29,270 bases of DNA from Pseudomonadota bacterium (GTDB lineage: Bacteria > Bdellovibrionota_B > Oligoflexia > Oligoflexales > CAIMVM01): positions 1 through 29,270 of the forward strand of contig JBAXBA010000041.1 of NCBI GenBank assembly GCA_037142195.1, in the 5' to 3' direction. Positions 1 through 9,539 of the stretch are shown in pieces. Both the position numbers and the translations under genes were made by a program. Numbering within the stretch: position 1 is the stretch's first letter; each line of letters begins with the position of its first letter. A model generated the notes under the pieces. It ran no database searches and was not told the DNA's origin. It saw nothing but the letters and a program-made list of their open reading frames with translations.

Positions 1-799
1 TTTTAATTCAGACCTATCCGTCTGTAATCAATAATATTTAGATGCTTTTACCCTGCAAGGGGGGCCGCTTCCCATAGGAATCTAGAAGCATACCCAGGAA
101 GACAACTCTTCTTCACATTTTACCAAAACGATTGTAGATATTGAGCCATTTCATAAAAAGTGTTCCCCTAAATCTTCAAAAAGCCACTGTGTCAGGGTCT
201 ACTAAACCATTCCAATAGAATGGCCGAACCCGGGCGTTATACTATATACCTAGGTTTTTATGTATTCTTAACGGATCGAAATTTTGCTATACTCTATTAT
301 TACGCATGTTAATCCTATGATTCAGAAATATTTTGCACTTAGATGTTTAATATTAGACACTTAAATTCCTCCGGTCTTATTAAATAAGTTGTTGTCGTTG
401 GTAGGTGGTGTATGAATATATTTCGCACTCATGACTTATATGATATTCAGGACTTTCATCCGTCGTATATATAGTTTTCTGTACGTGCACAGTCCACGTC
501 GTATTGGGAAAAATTGGCAAATTCAGGAAAGTATCACACCCGCTCAAGACCCTGGCTATTCCGTGTTTTTCTTCACAGGGGGCGACTCAAGAGAGCAAAA
601 CAATGCAACGAAAGGCATAGGAATGGGTTCAGTTTTCGGTACGAGTTGACTGCTACATGAAGCTTATCACTTTGGATGAGCTATTTTTCGTTAATGAGAC
701 CTTCGCCATTTAAATTGCAAAAGCGTAAGCCAATTATGCTCATGGAGCTTAAAAGAATAGCCCGAAGAATAGTTAATCTGAGCCAGTTAACCCGAATAT

Positions 800-1495
800 G
801 TGGGAGATATTGTGACTATTGATTATAAAAAAATCGCTGAAAGTTTTGACCCTGGGCTTGCTGCCGTAGCCGAGGCTCTTGATCACTCTCCCTTCGAGTG
901 GTTCGTTATTGGTGGTTGGGCACTAGATCTCTTTTTAGATGCCAAGATAAGGCCTCATAAAGATATTGAAGTTTCAATTTGGAGAGATCAAGCGGGTTCA
1001 CTTTTTGATTTCTATGGGGAACATCGCATAGATCAAGTAGTCGGAAACAAACGGTACGAGTCGATTTATGCGCCTTCCGATATCGATTCCCGCGGGCATC
1101 TTATTATTCGTAATGCTGCATTTCTAGAACAGCAAACGCTAGACATCGAGCTCTTTCTCTCCCCAAGGCAGCATGGCTATTGGAACTTTCGTAAAGATTC
1201 CACAATATCAGTTCCGTTAGCATCCGCTGTTATTCAAACTGCGAGCGGCCTCCGAGTTCTGGCACCACATCTGGTCCTATTGTTTAAGGCGTGGTTCTTT
1301 CCGAATATGGAAAAGACTATCGGTGATGCACCGCAAGAGGAGGAGTTCCTCAGGAAGTGCTGGCAGGTCGATTGTAGAGATTTTGAGACAGTTTTACCAT
1401 TCCTCTCAGCATCGCAAAGGGACATGCTGACAGGATGGCTGAAGGAATACGTTCCCGGTATTCCATGGTTAACAGGTTTGTCTTCGCGCTCTTGA
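800..1495 (+). CDS. Nucleotidyltransferase, ANT(2'')/Lnu-like (aminoglycoside-2''-adenylyltransferase family)
   Basis: Motif WFVIGGWALDLFL...RPHKDIE resembles the GGWA(I/L)D...R.H.D(I/L)D signature. C-terminal LAPHLVLLFKA and D.RDF..VLP.L are also typical of the family. Confidence 0.75.
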   Translation: MGDIVTIDYKKIAESFDPGLAAVAEALDHSPFEWFVIGGWALDLFLDAKIRPHKDIEVSIWRDQAGSLFDFYGEHRIDQVVGNKRYESIYAPSDIDSRGHLIIRNAAFLEQQTLDIELFLSPRQHGYWNFRKDSTISVPLASAVIQTASGLRVLAPHLVLLFKAWFFPNMEKTIGDAPQEEEFLRKCWQVDCRDFETVLPFLSASQRDMLTGWLKEYVPGIPWLTGLSSRS

Positions 1496-2667
1496 GCAAA
1501 GAATGTGCATTGACCTGGAGAACATCCGGTTATGGCGGAGGTTTGCTTGGGGGGGATTTGAGGGATTGATTCTTTGCGTTGTAAAGTGCGGGATCTGTGC
1601 AATATAGATCAAAGGATCAGTAACCACTTTGGGCTTTTTGTTAGGGCGCTAGTGCTAGAAAAGTTGTCATCATAGGCAGAACAGATCTTTGCCCTTTGTT
1701 CCAATAGATAAGAGTCTGGGCAAAATCCGGCGAGTCTACCAGAACAATCGCTAACTTTTTGAGAATAAAATCGTCAGATATTCAAGTTACAGAAAGAGTT
1801 TTCTTAGGAACAGCAGTGCCGTTTAGACTTCTTTACCTGAATGCGAAATCTCTTTAAATACGATTGATTGGTCTCCTTTCAAGTTCTTTGAATAGAGCAG
1901 TGCACGTATTCTATTTGCCTGGTCTGTATTTATAGACGGCAGCGCACGCCCAGTCTTTCATACCTTATTCTCTGAGGTAAAAATGACACCCTAACAAAAA
2001 ATTTAAGCGGCACCATTATCTGTTCGAATTTAAGCTTTATAGACTCATGCATAACTAGCTTAAAGGAGCGTCCCGTTTCGTTTGAAATACCTGATCTGAG
2101 CGAATAGCCTCGAGTGCGTACTTTTTGCGTCTTGATACATTGTTTCTACCTAAAATAAAACTGATTGATTAGGTGTTCATGCGGACTCTGGGGCGTTGTC
2201 ATAAGCCTTACGGTGAGAAAAGCGGTTATCTAAAAGTTGACCCTTAGCCAAGATCAAAGAGCAGAGCTTAAAGATCCTATGACGATTTAGATTTCTGTAG
2301 ACTCTTGTGATTGGAGCAGGAATATTTTTTGAAAATGGGTGTTCTATCATAGGGACGATCAAGAATGTCTGGAGATCAACTTCCTAGGTACCAAAGATCT
2401 GGTGCCATTGTCGCTTCTAGTAGCTAAGAAATCGTTTCCAGTCCAATAGGATTCTGGTCGGAAAAAGGTAATGTTCCAAGGAACATAAGGCCGGCTAAGG
2501 AACACAAATCTGGTATTGTTTGGGTCTAATATACATCGCCCAAGTCTAAACTTAAAGATACAGCAAAGAACTTTTTTAGATTGATTAAGAAGGAATTAAT
2601 TGCTCGTGAATGGCCTTCTCTAAACGTTCCTAGGATGTAAATCTATTAAAGGAATCAGAGAGGTACT

Positions 2668-3483
2668 ATGAAATATATAAAATTCCTACTGGTCATTACA
2701 TCCATTCCGGTGGCTCTTGTCGCTTTGGCGGTTCTGCATGGGTTTTATTGGCTGTTTGATGTAACTCAGGCAAAAACTAGGATTCGGGGAATCAGTTTTT
2801 GTCGGAAAATGTATCTTAGATTTGTCTGTTCTGTCTTGGGTTTAAGGACACATAATTTTCTTTCAGACCGATTAAGTAAGTCTCCACATTTGACAGTAGC
2901 GAATCATCACAGCTTCTTAGATATTTTTGTTCTTGGGAAAGATTTTAATGGTTGGTTTCTTGCTAAATCAGAAGTCAAAGATTGGCCTATGATTGGGCTA
3001 CTAGCCAGATTATCTGGGGTTGTTTTTGTCGACCGAAGTGACTTGGGCAGCAGGATAAGGTCGATCCACGCGCTTCAAAAGCTTTCGAATTCGGGAGGAG
3101 TTTGCGTTTTTCCGGAAGGAACAACCACTGCAAACTACTATCCAGAGAAATCAGCTTGGGCAGCTGGTAGCTTCGCCTCAGTTTTAAAAAATCCTCATGC
3201 TCTAATCGTCTCGCACGCGATTTCCTATCAAGACCATAAATTTCATGCGTGGATTGGAGATCAGGGATTTTTAACTCACCTTTTCAATGTTTGCTCCCTA
3301 CCTTCCCATGAGGTTTATATTACTTCGAAGCAATATTCAAAAAAAGGTCTTCCAAAATCGACTCGCGAGACTTCGGTGTTTGTTCGTAACTGTTTAATGA
3401 AACACTGCCTTTCCAATCACGCCATGATTGAAGAAGAGCTGAAGAGCACATACACAAGTTTTAATCCCATAGTCAATTACTAA
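2668..3483 (+). CDS. PlsC-family lysophospholipid/lyso-ornithine lipid O-acyltransferase (OlsA-like)
   Basis: NHHSFLD (NHxSxxD), FLAKSEV..WP..G, VFVDR and VFPEGT acyltransferase blocks; N-terminal hydrophobic helix; SD GAGG upstream of ATG. Confidence 0.85.
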   Translation: MKYIKFLLVITSIPVALVALAVLHGFYWLFDVTQAKTRIRGISFCRKMYLRFVCSVLGLRTHNFLSDRLSKSPHLTVANHHSFLDIFVLGKDFNGWFLAKSEVKDWPMIGLLARLSGVVFVDRSDLGSRIRSIHALQKLSNSGGVCVFPEGTTTANYYPEKSAWAAGSFASVLKNPHALIVSHAISYQDHKFHAWIGDQGFLTHLFNVCSLPSHEVYITSKQYSKKGLPKSTRETSVFVRNCLMKHCLSNHAMIEEELKSTYTSFNPIVNY

Positions 3484-3498
3484 TCTAAAGGAGTCGAA

Positions 3499-4320
3499 AT
3501 GTTCAATCATCTGATGTACCTCGATCGCAATTTCTATCGGACATTTGCCGCCAATGAAATCGTGGACGTTGGTATGGATCTTCAAATTCGCAGCGGAAAT
3601 CTTAGTGTGCGAATTGCAAGCTCTGACGAGATAAAGGACGTGATTAGCCTCAGAACAGCGGTTTTTGCCAGAGAGTACAAGAGGCAGATCATCGCACTGA
3701 AATCTGACTTAGATCGTTATGACCGTAATGCCCGACATTTGATTGTCAAAGATGAGTCCACAAATAAGGTTGTAGCCGGCTATAGACTTATTGAGGGACA
3801 ATCTGCAGATGAATACTATTCTTCTTCGGAGTTTGATCTTTCGCAGCTCATGGATTTTAATGGAAAAAAGCTTGAGCTGTCGAAAGCAGTTGTACATAGA
3901 AACTATCGCACGGGCAAAACTCTTCAACTTCTTTGGAAAGGCTTGCTGAAATACGCCGAGTTCCGTCGCATTGATTTTCTCTTCGGAATTCCTTCGGTTC
4001 AGACGACCTGTCAGCAGGAAGCAAACTCCATTTTAGATTGGTTTCGCTCCAATGGGCATTTTTCGGAATCCATTGCTGAGCCGCATGGGGAGTTTAAAAC
4101 GTCTGGAAAACTTAGGTTGAATTACTCTGATGTTTCAGAAGTCATTCCGAGCTTACTTAAAGTTTACTTAAAATCGGGGGCAAGAATTGTAAGTGGACCT
4201 GCCATCGATCTAAAGTACAAATGCACGGATTATTTGATGGTTCTCCCCCTAGATCAACTTGGTGAAAAGTTTAGAAACAAATTTCAGTCTAGATCGGGGC
4301 CATTAGTAGTCAACGGGTAG
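3499..4320 (+). CDS. GNAT N-acyltransferase, OlsB-like (ornithine/amino-acid N-acyltransferase)
   Basis: LR..VF..E, D.D.YD....HLIV, GYRL, YSSSEFDL, LELSKAVVH..YR, LLWKGL, PSLLKVYL..GA and PA.D..Y.C.D motifs; SD AAGGAG; starts 15 bp after the PlsC gene. Confidence 0.85.
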   Translation: MFNHLMYLDRNFYRTFAANEIVDVGMDLQIRSGNLSVRIASSDEIKDVISLRTAVFAREYKRQIIALKSDLDRYDRNARHLIVKDESTNKVVAGYRLIEGQSADEYYSSSEFDLSQLMDFNGKKLELSKAVVHRNYRTGKTLQLLWKGLLKYAEFRRIDFLFGIPSVQTTCQQEANSILDWFRSNGHFSESIAEPHGEFKTSGKLRLNYSDVSEVIPSLLKVYLKSGARIVSGPAIDLKYKCTDYLMVLPLDQLGEKFRNKFQSRSGPLVVNG

Positions 4321-4337
4321 CCTTAAAATGGAAAAAC

Positions 4338-4370
4338 AAAACCTACCTAAATCCCTTAGGTAGGTTTTTT
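4338..4370 (+). terminator. Intrinsic terminator after the OlsB-like gene (possibly bidirectional)
   Basis: 13-bp stem AAAACCTACCTAA / TTAGGTAGGTTTT with a 5-nt loop and T-run, between convergent genes. Confidence 0.8.
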
Positions 4371-4481
4371 CAGGAAAGTCGTCGGATGATAAGAGTTGAA
4401 GGAGCGGATATTCTTTGCCGTCTTCACATTTAGGGGCCAAATTCGCGGTTTCGCAACCTGGAATCCTCAATAACAAAACTA

Positions 4482-5666
4482 CTACTTCAGAATAAATAGA
4501 TGATTGTCTACAGTTTTAGGAAGTGGTTGCTTATGAATTTTGGCTACCTGGAATCCTACATTGAAGTCATTGTCATTCAAAATCGCAAAACTTCCGTCCG
4601 GAAGTGCTGCTAGGCCCTCCAACTTCTCAAATTCTCCTGTAGCTAGGGAACCCATGGAAGCAATTTTGATAGAGGTTGCCACTTCAATTTTTGCTCCTTC
4701 AGGTATAGGGTTTAAGAGGTTAGTAGCCTTTGAGAAATCCAGCTCAAAGAGAGCCTGATGTCTAGCCTTTGTTTTCTTATCCACGCCTTGCTCTAAAACG
4801 ACAATATTACCACTGTTGTCGAGCGTTGCATCTCCTAGTTTTGCACCTTCCTTAGACATTTCATAGAAGTAAACAGCTTTTGGTTTCTCTGTTTTAAGAT
4901 CGAATTCCAAAACCCTTACGCGTAAAGGTCCGTCTACTTTCTTAATGGGACTTTGCAAAAAAGCAAAGAGGCTATCGCCTTTGACCGTTAGAGCTTCAAA
5001 TCCTCTATTGGGTTCCCTTTCTGCAAAAATGCTGGGTAAAGATCGAATCCCAGCTCGTTCTTTCGGAGAAGACTCAGGTAAATAACGGGCCAATATACGT
5101 CCATCTCGGGCCATTTTAAGAAGTGATGGTCCATATTCTTCCCCTAACCAGAGAAATCCTTCGGAGTCAGCTGCCATAGATTCGGTATCGATGCCCCAAG
5201 GGTCCATGGCAAGTGGCACTTTTTTAGAGTCTACAATACCCTCATCGACAATAGTCTCTGTCCCTCTGGGATTGACATTAGATCTGCCGGTAGTGGGGCT
5301 TCCATTGGGGGTCTTCATGGGAGTGAGCTTGCCAAACTTTGCCAAGCCTGATTTGGGATCAAACACAATTTCCACTAATAAAGGACTAAAGGTCGGCAGT
5401 ATTAAGATTCTATCCATGATGCCGTCGTTTCTATAGTTTTCCGGTTCAGAATTTAAGCCCCTATCAGTGAAGCTTAAAAAGTGATAAAGCCCCGTTTTGG
5501 GCTCGATTCTTTCTAGTATGAGGCCAGAAAGACCTCCCACGGGAATTTTTCCTAGGCCTGGAACTGTTCCTATGGAAGGCGGGTTCGTAATTTTAAAATC
5601 TTTTAAAATCTCTGCAACTGCAGAATGAGATGTAAGTACAACTAATAGAGCCAATAGTATGTTCAT
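4482..5666 (-). CDS. Secreted 'esterase-like activity of phytase' family protein
   Basis: Signal peptide; GGLSGL, TDRG.N, DTES, EEYGP, N.GFEAL, LQSP, EKLEGLA and NDNDF motifs. Confidence 0.85.
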   Translation of the reverse strand: MNILLALLVVLTSHSAVAEILKDFKITNPPSIGTVPGLGKIPVGGLSGLILERIEPKTGLYHFLSFTDRGLNSEPENYRNDGIMDRILILPTFSPLLVEIVFDPKSGLAKFGKLTPMKTPNGSPTTGRSNVNPRGTETIVDEGIVDSKKVPLAMDPWGIDTESMAADSEGFLWLGEEYGPSLLKMARDGRILARYLPESSPKERAGIRSLPSIFAEREPNRGFEALTVKGDSLFAFLQSPIKKVDGPLRVRVLEFDLKTEKPKAVYFYEMSKEGAKLGDATLDNSGNIVVLEQGVDKKTKARHQALFELDFSKATNLLNPIPEGAKIEVATSIKIASMGSLATGEFEKLEGLAALPDGSFAILNDNDFNVGFQVAKIHKQPLPKTVDNHLFILK

Positions 5667-5970
5667 AGGGTTCCTTTAATCTATGATTCGGCTCAGAAAA
5701 TAACATACCCAGCCTCTTTTGGAAAGGTGGAGCTATTGGGGCGGATTTTTTCCTTGGAGGGAGGTTCTAAGAAAGCGCTTGCTTCTCGAATTCTAGATAA
5801 GTCCTACGTTTAGCAGCATGGACTGATAGGATTAGCTTCGGCGGGACAAGGCCTTGGTCAAAAGGCATTTTAATCTTTTGACGGAGATTTGCATGAGGTT
5901 TATTCGGCGGGTTTTCAAGAGACCACTACCTCAAGTTTTCTTGAAGCTTTCAGCTCTCTGATGGGCTTTC

Positions 5971-6816
5971 TTAGTTGAGAAGTATGTGGTTTTTTAATGA
6001 TGCTTCTAGAGTTTGGTTTACTTCTGGAGTGGGCCTTATATCTTCAAGATTTAAACTATTGATAATGTAACAGGCGCCTTCCGAGAACTCTAAATCTGTG
6101 GAATCGTCAGATTTTTGCAACTCAATGGTATAGTCGTCATCCATACAAGATTTGCTGCAGTAGTTTTTAGAGAATGTCACGCTTAATTCGATCTTTTGCC
6201 CAGATGCCCCGGCCATGTCCACCTTATATTTGACCTTTGAGGATCCATAGCTCGCTACGAAGCCTTGTTCAATGTTAAGTTCCTCGAGCTGGTCCTTAAT
6301 TTTAAATTTTAAATTCTTATATTCCTCTTCCAGACTTTCTTTTGTGGCGCTGTAGGCCTGACGGTTAAGACTGTCGATATTTGCAAGCATGTTGGAGTGC
6401 AGATGAGACAAGACGGTCAATGCACCTTCTTTGTGCCCCTGTTTATCTTTATCCTCGGTTTCATATACGGTCTTAGTTTGAGTGTGCAGTTTGAGTTGGT
6501 TGCATTCAAAGTCAAGACTGCGAGTTAATTTTGAGGTTTGAAGTTTAGGTGGCTTTTGGTCGGTAGCCATCAGTCTAATTTTAAAGGGCGCATTCTCTTT
6601 GGAAAGTTGAAACTGCCCGTCCCTATAGAAATCAAAATAGCGGTCTTCGCGTTCTATCTTTTCCATCTTAAATTTGCTGACAACTGAAAGCGCATCTGCC
6701 CGTCCAACCTTTAGGGAAACTTCTGTTTGTTCAGGCGCCGCAAAACTTGTCGGGCTACCTAGTATAGTTAGTAAGAATAGGCATATGACACGATAGAGAT
6801 GGAAAAACGGCTTCAT
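5971..6816 (-). CDS. Secreted hypothetical protein, possibly CYTH/triphosphate tunnel fold
   Basis: Signal peptide ending SFA-A; EVSLK, DRYFD, IRL, K..YETE and IELQ echo the CYTH pattern but are degenerate. Start placed at ATG 6816 (SD GAGG); 6831 is an alternative. Confidence 0.45.
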   Translation of the reverse strand: MKPFFHLYRVICLFLLTILGSPTSFAAPEQTEVSLKVGRADALSVVSKFKMEKIEREDRYFDFYRDGQFQLSKENAPFKIRLMATDQKPPKLQTSKLTRSLDFECNQLKLHTQTKTVYETEDKDKQGHKEGALTVLSHLHSNMLANIDSLNRQAYSATKESLEEEYKNLKFKIKDQLEELNIEQGFVASYGSSKVKYKVDMAGASGQKIELSVTFSKNYCSKSCMDDDYTIELQKSDDSTDLEFSEGACYIINSLNLEDIRPTPEVNQTLEASLKNHILLN

Positions 6817-7125
6817 GACAGAATCCCTCATATGGAGAGGATATCCTAACCAACTTGTTAAGTAGGTTTCAATGGGCGCAGCTCAAGTTTAATCTTCTAT
6901 TTAAGAAATCTTAATATAACTAATTACCTTCAAAAGGACTTACATGACTCCTTAAAATTTCAAAAAATACGCCTGTTTAAGAGCACTTAGGGTAATCTTG
7001 GGCCGGCCTCTCTTGTTTTAGGGCAGGTTTAAATAGTAAATGCTGACCTAAGTGGTCTTTTTAGAAGCGCGCCTCTCTTTTTTAAAGACCAAGTGCTAGG
7101 AAGTTGTGGATATTTTTTAAACATA

Positions 7126-7136
7126 CCCCCCCCCCC
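7126..7136. repeat. Poly-C(11) homopolymer
   Basis: ACATA-C11-ACAC seen directly in the intergenic region. Confidence 0.9.
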
Positions 7137-7373
7137 ACACAGATCTAGAGCTGCACTTTGCAGTCAACTTCATTTTCGGGTTGTTGAGCCGGACCGGACT
7201 TTCTACGGTCCTTACTGTCCTAAGGAGCCGATAGCTGAAGGCATATTTAAACTTCCATTGATGTTCCCAAGGCGCTTTTTGAAAACTTTCGTGTACGGGA
7301 CTCGAAAGCGCCGGAGGCAGGAGATTGATTTTAGCCTCGAGGCAATAAGACTCACTATTGGAATAAGATAAGG

Positions 7374-8489
7374 TTAGTTTGGTTTTTCGCTAACTTCATA
7401 GGTAAATGAGTTCAAGGGAGCTAGATTTTTTTCATGCACTCGATGAGCTTTAGCTCTTTGGTAAAGTTTATTAAGACTAGAATAAAGGCTTTTTTCCGTA
7501 GTTGCGCCATAGATATGGGACCAAGTCGGATGCGCTAAAAGTCGGCGATGGATTTCTGGCATGGCGTGATAGGGCATATGGGGAAGGAGATGGTGAATGC
7601 TGTGAAAGTTAGAGTGCAAAGGTGCCCAGAGTGGAGTTGCTAATTTTGAAATTAGAGAATGATCATCGACTATGGAAACCGAATCAAAAAACTGAGTCCC
7701 TGCTCCCTTCTTTTCAAAATTGGAAAGATAACGATGGTTGCCGAGCGCCCTAAAAGAGAAGAGTCCATTAGAAACCACAAAAATCGAGTAATAACCTAAA
7801 AAGCCAACAATATTAAAATGAGAGGAAGCCCATACTGAAAAACACGTTAGAGTATATAACAGACAAAATACGTCACTTTCCATCATCTCGTTAAGCTGCT
7901 CTTCTGTAAAGCTCGATCTAGCATAGGAAAAATTCATAACAATGCTGGAAAGATGCACAAATACTTTTTGCTGTAGTCCGATGCCACGCACCAAATAGGC
8001 ACAGGTAACAAACACCATTCTAAACAGCAACAAAAAAGGCGAGATCAAACTTGCGAGAAGTGGTCTAAAGACATTCCATTCATGGCGGTGTCCCCAAGAC
8101 TCGTACTCAGGGTCTAGCTTTGTACCGAATTTCGCCGCTGAATGATGATCATTGTGAGAGTCACCCATGTAGGCGGGAACTCTTAAGAAAAAGCCAAACA
8201 GTAGGTTATATGCCATTTTAAAGGTATCTAGTTCACCATGACTATGTGAAATGTCATGAACGAAATTGGCACCTCTATAGAAGGCTAATGTAGCCACCAG
8301 TAATGAAAATATCTGAGTGAACCCACCATTTGGGCTAAGAAAAGATATATAAAGAAAAAACCAAGCCACAATAGCGGTTAAGATAAGGTCTGTCCAAAAA
8401 CGCCTCAAGTTTAAAGGGACCAAATCTTTAGTCAAGGCTTGTAGTTCTTTAAGGTCTTTTGCAGAATAATTTAGCGGCATCTGGCTCAT
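7374..8489 (-). CDS. Membrane fatty-acid desaturase family protein
   Basis: Three His boxes (HDISH, HNDHH, HSIHH followed by L.P.MPYH..P..H) and multiple TM helices. Start taken at ATG 8489 (SD GAGG); GTG 8513 is an alternative. Confidence 0.85.
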   Translation of the reverse strand: MSQMPLNYSAKDLKELQALTKDLVPLNLRRFWTDLILTAIVAWFFLYISFLSPNGGFTQIFSLLVATLAFYRGANFVHDISHSHGELDTFKMAYNLLFGFFLRVPAYMGDSHNDHHSAAKFGTKLDPEYESWGHRHEWNVFRPLLASLISPFLLLFRMVFVTCAYLVRGIGLQQKVFVHLSSIVMNFSYARSSFTEEQLNEMMESDVFCLLYTLTCFSVWASSHFNIVGFLGYYSIFVVSNGLFSFRALGNHRYLSNFEKKGAGTQFFDSVSIVDDHSLISKLATPLWAPLHSNFHSIHHLLPHMPYHAMPEIHRRLLAHPTWSHIYGATTEKSLYSSLNKLYQRAKAHRVHEKNLAPLNSFTYEVSEKPN

Positions 8490-8570
8490 TGTTTTGGCCC
8501 TCAAAAATCGCACTGTATCTTCAAAGCTAGCATGAAGCCTAAGGAACGGGAGTTCCTGCTGGACTAGCTT

Positions 8571-9185
8571 TTAACCACGAAATTTCAGTACTTCCATAAA
8601 AGCGAGAAAGGCAAATCCTTTAGACAAGCTGAGTTTGCTTGCGACTTCAACAGCTTCAATGGTCTGTTGACTCATGCCAGAAAGCATTTTAACTGGGCCT
8701 TCATAAAGAATCGTTTCACGAATGTAATTAAACACATTCTTTCGTAGGGTTGGCTTGGAGGCATCAACGGCATAAACAATGTACCTCGATTTTGAGGCTA
8801 AGGCGGTTCCTATAACGAAGGACCAAAATCTAAAGCGATGGACACCGCTTCCTACTTTTGAAAACACAGCAGTGAGCTCACAAAGGCCCCCCAATAATTC
8901 TTCACTGGGAACCACAGGTATTTGTTCAATAGATCTTAACGGACAATTCTCAATGAGTGCGAATCCAGCTGTGACATCATTGTTTCTATCAAGAAAGACA
9001 AATGATTTTCCACTTTCTAGATACTCCACAGGGAGTTCCGTTCCGTCATGATACTTAAAATGGTGTTGTAAAATTTTTAATTCGTCATGGGTGGTTAACG
9101 CGAGGGCCCGCACAGAATTCTTAAGCAAAAATTTGTTGATCCCATTGGACAAACCTATCAAGGCGGTACCGGCAACTTTATACAA
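8571..9185 (-). CDS. Hypothetical protein, tentatively N-acyl amino acid synthase (FeeM)/LasI-like GNAT fold
   Basis: F..R...VTAGFALI...PLRSI.Q.P....LCELTAVF resembles the NAS/AHL-synthase core. GGAGG SD precedes the in-frame TTG at 9185 (ORF track starts at 9206). Confidence 0.45.
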   Translation of the reverse strand: MYKVAGTALIGLSNGINKFLLKNSVRALALTTHDELKILQHHFKYHDGTELPVEYLESGKSFVFLDRNNDVTAGFALIENCPLRSIEQIPVVPSEELLGGLCELTAVFSKVGSGVHRFRFWSFVIGTALASKSRYIVYAVDASKPTLRKNVFNYIRETILYEGPVKMLSGMSQQTIEAVEVASKLSLSKGFAFLAFMEVLKFRG

Positions 9186-9283
9186 TGTCTTCCCTCCCCA
9201 ACGCAATTGAGCCCTTGAAAACTTCGAATCCCAGCAGAGTTAAATCATAGAACCAATGGCGAGTGTTAGTAGTTTTTGCGATG

Positions 9284-9300
9284 GTATCTGGTAATGATAC
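9284..9300. promoter_or_regulatory. Candidate operator, GTATC-N7-GATAC
   Basis: Inverted repeat about 100 bp upstream of the 8571-9185 gene and downstream of the XRE gene; partial second copy GTATTTGTCGATAC at 9326-9339. Confidence 0.45.
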
Positions 9301-9539
9301 TTTTTCATAGCAAAACTATTCCTTTGTATTTGTCGATACTTAAAAAATCTCACTGCGGAAAAAGTGCCGTTTTAGCGGGTATTTACGGCGATATGCGCCG
9401 TTTTGGCCGACTGGTTGGCATGCCGAAATAAACTATTTCAATCAGCATGTTGGCAGTGCAATACAAGTCTCACATGGTCAGATAGGCTAGTTGATCAATT
9501 CGGTAATAACCTGACTTTACTTCGATTTCTTATCAAGAC

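Noticed and set aside
7093..7371. 92-aa plus-strand ORF spanning poly-C
   Set aside because: No SD and no motif; composition does not look protein-like.
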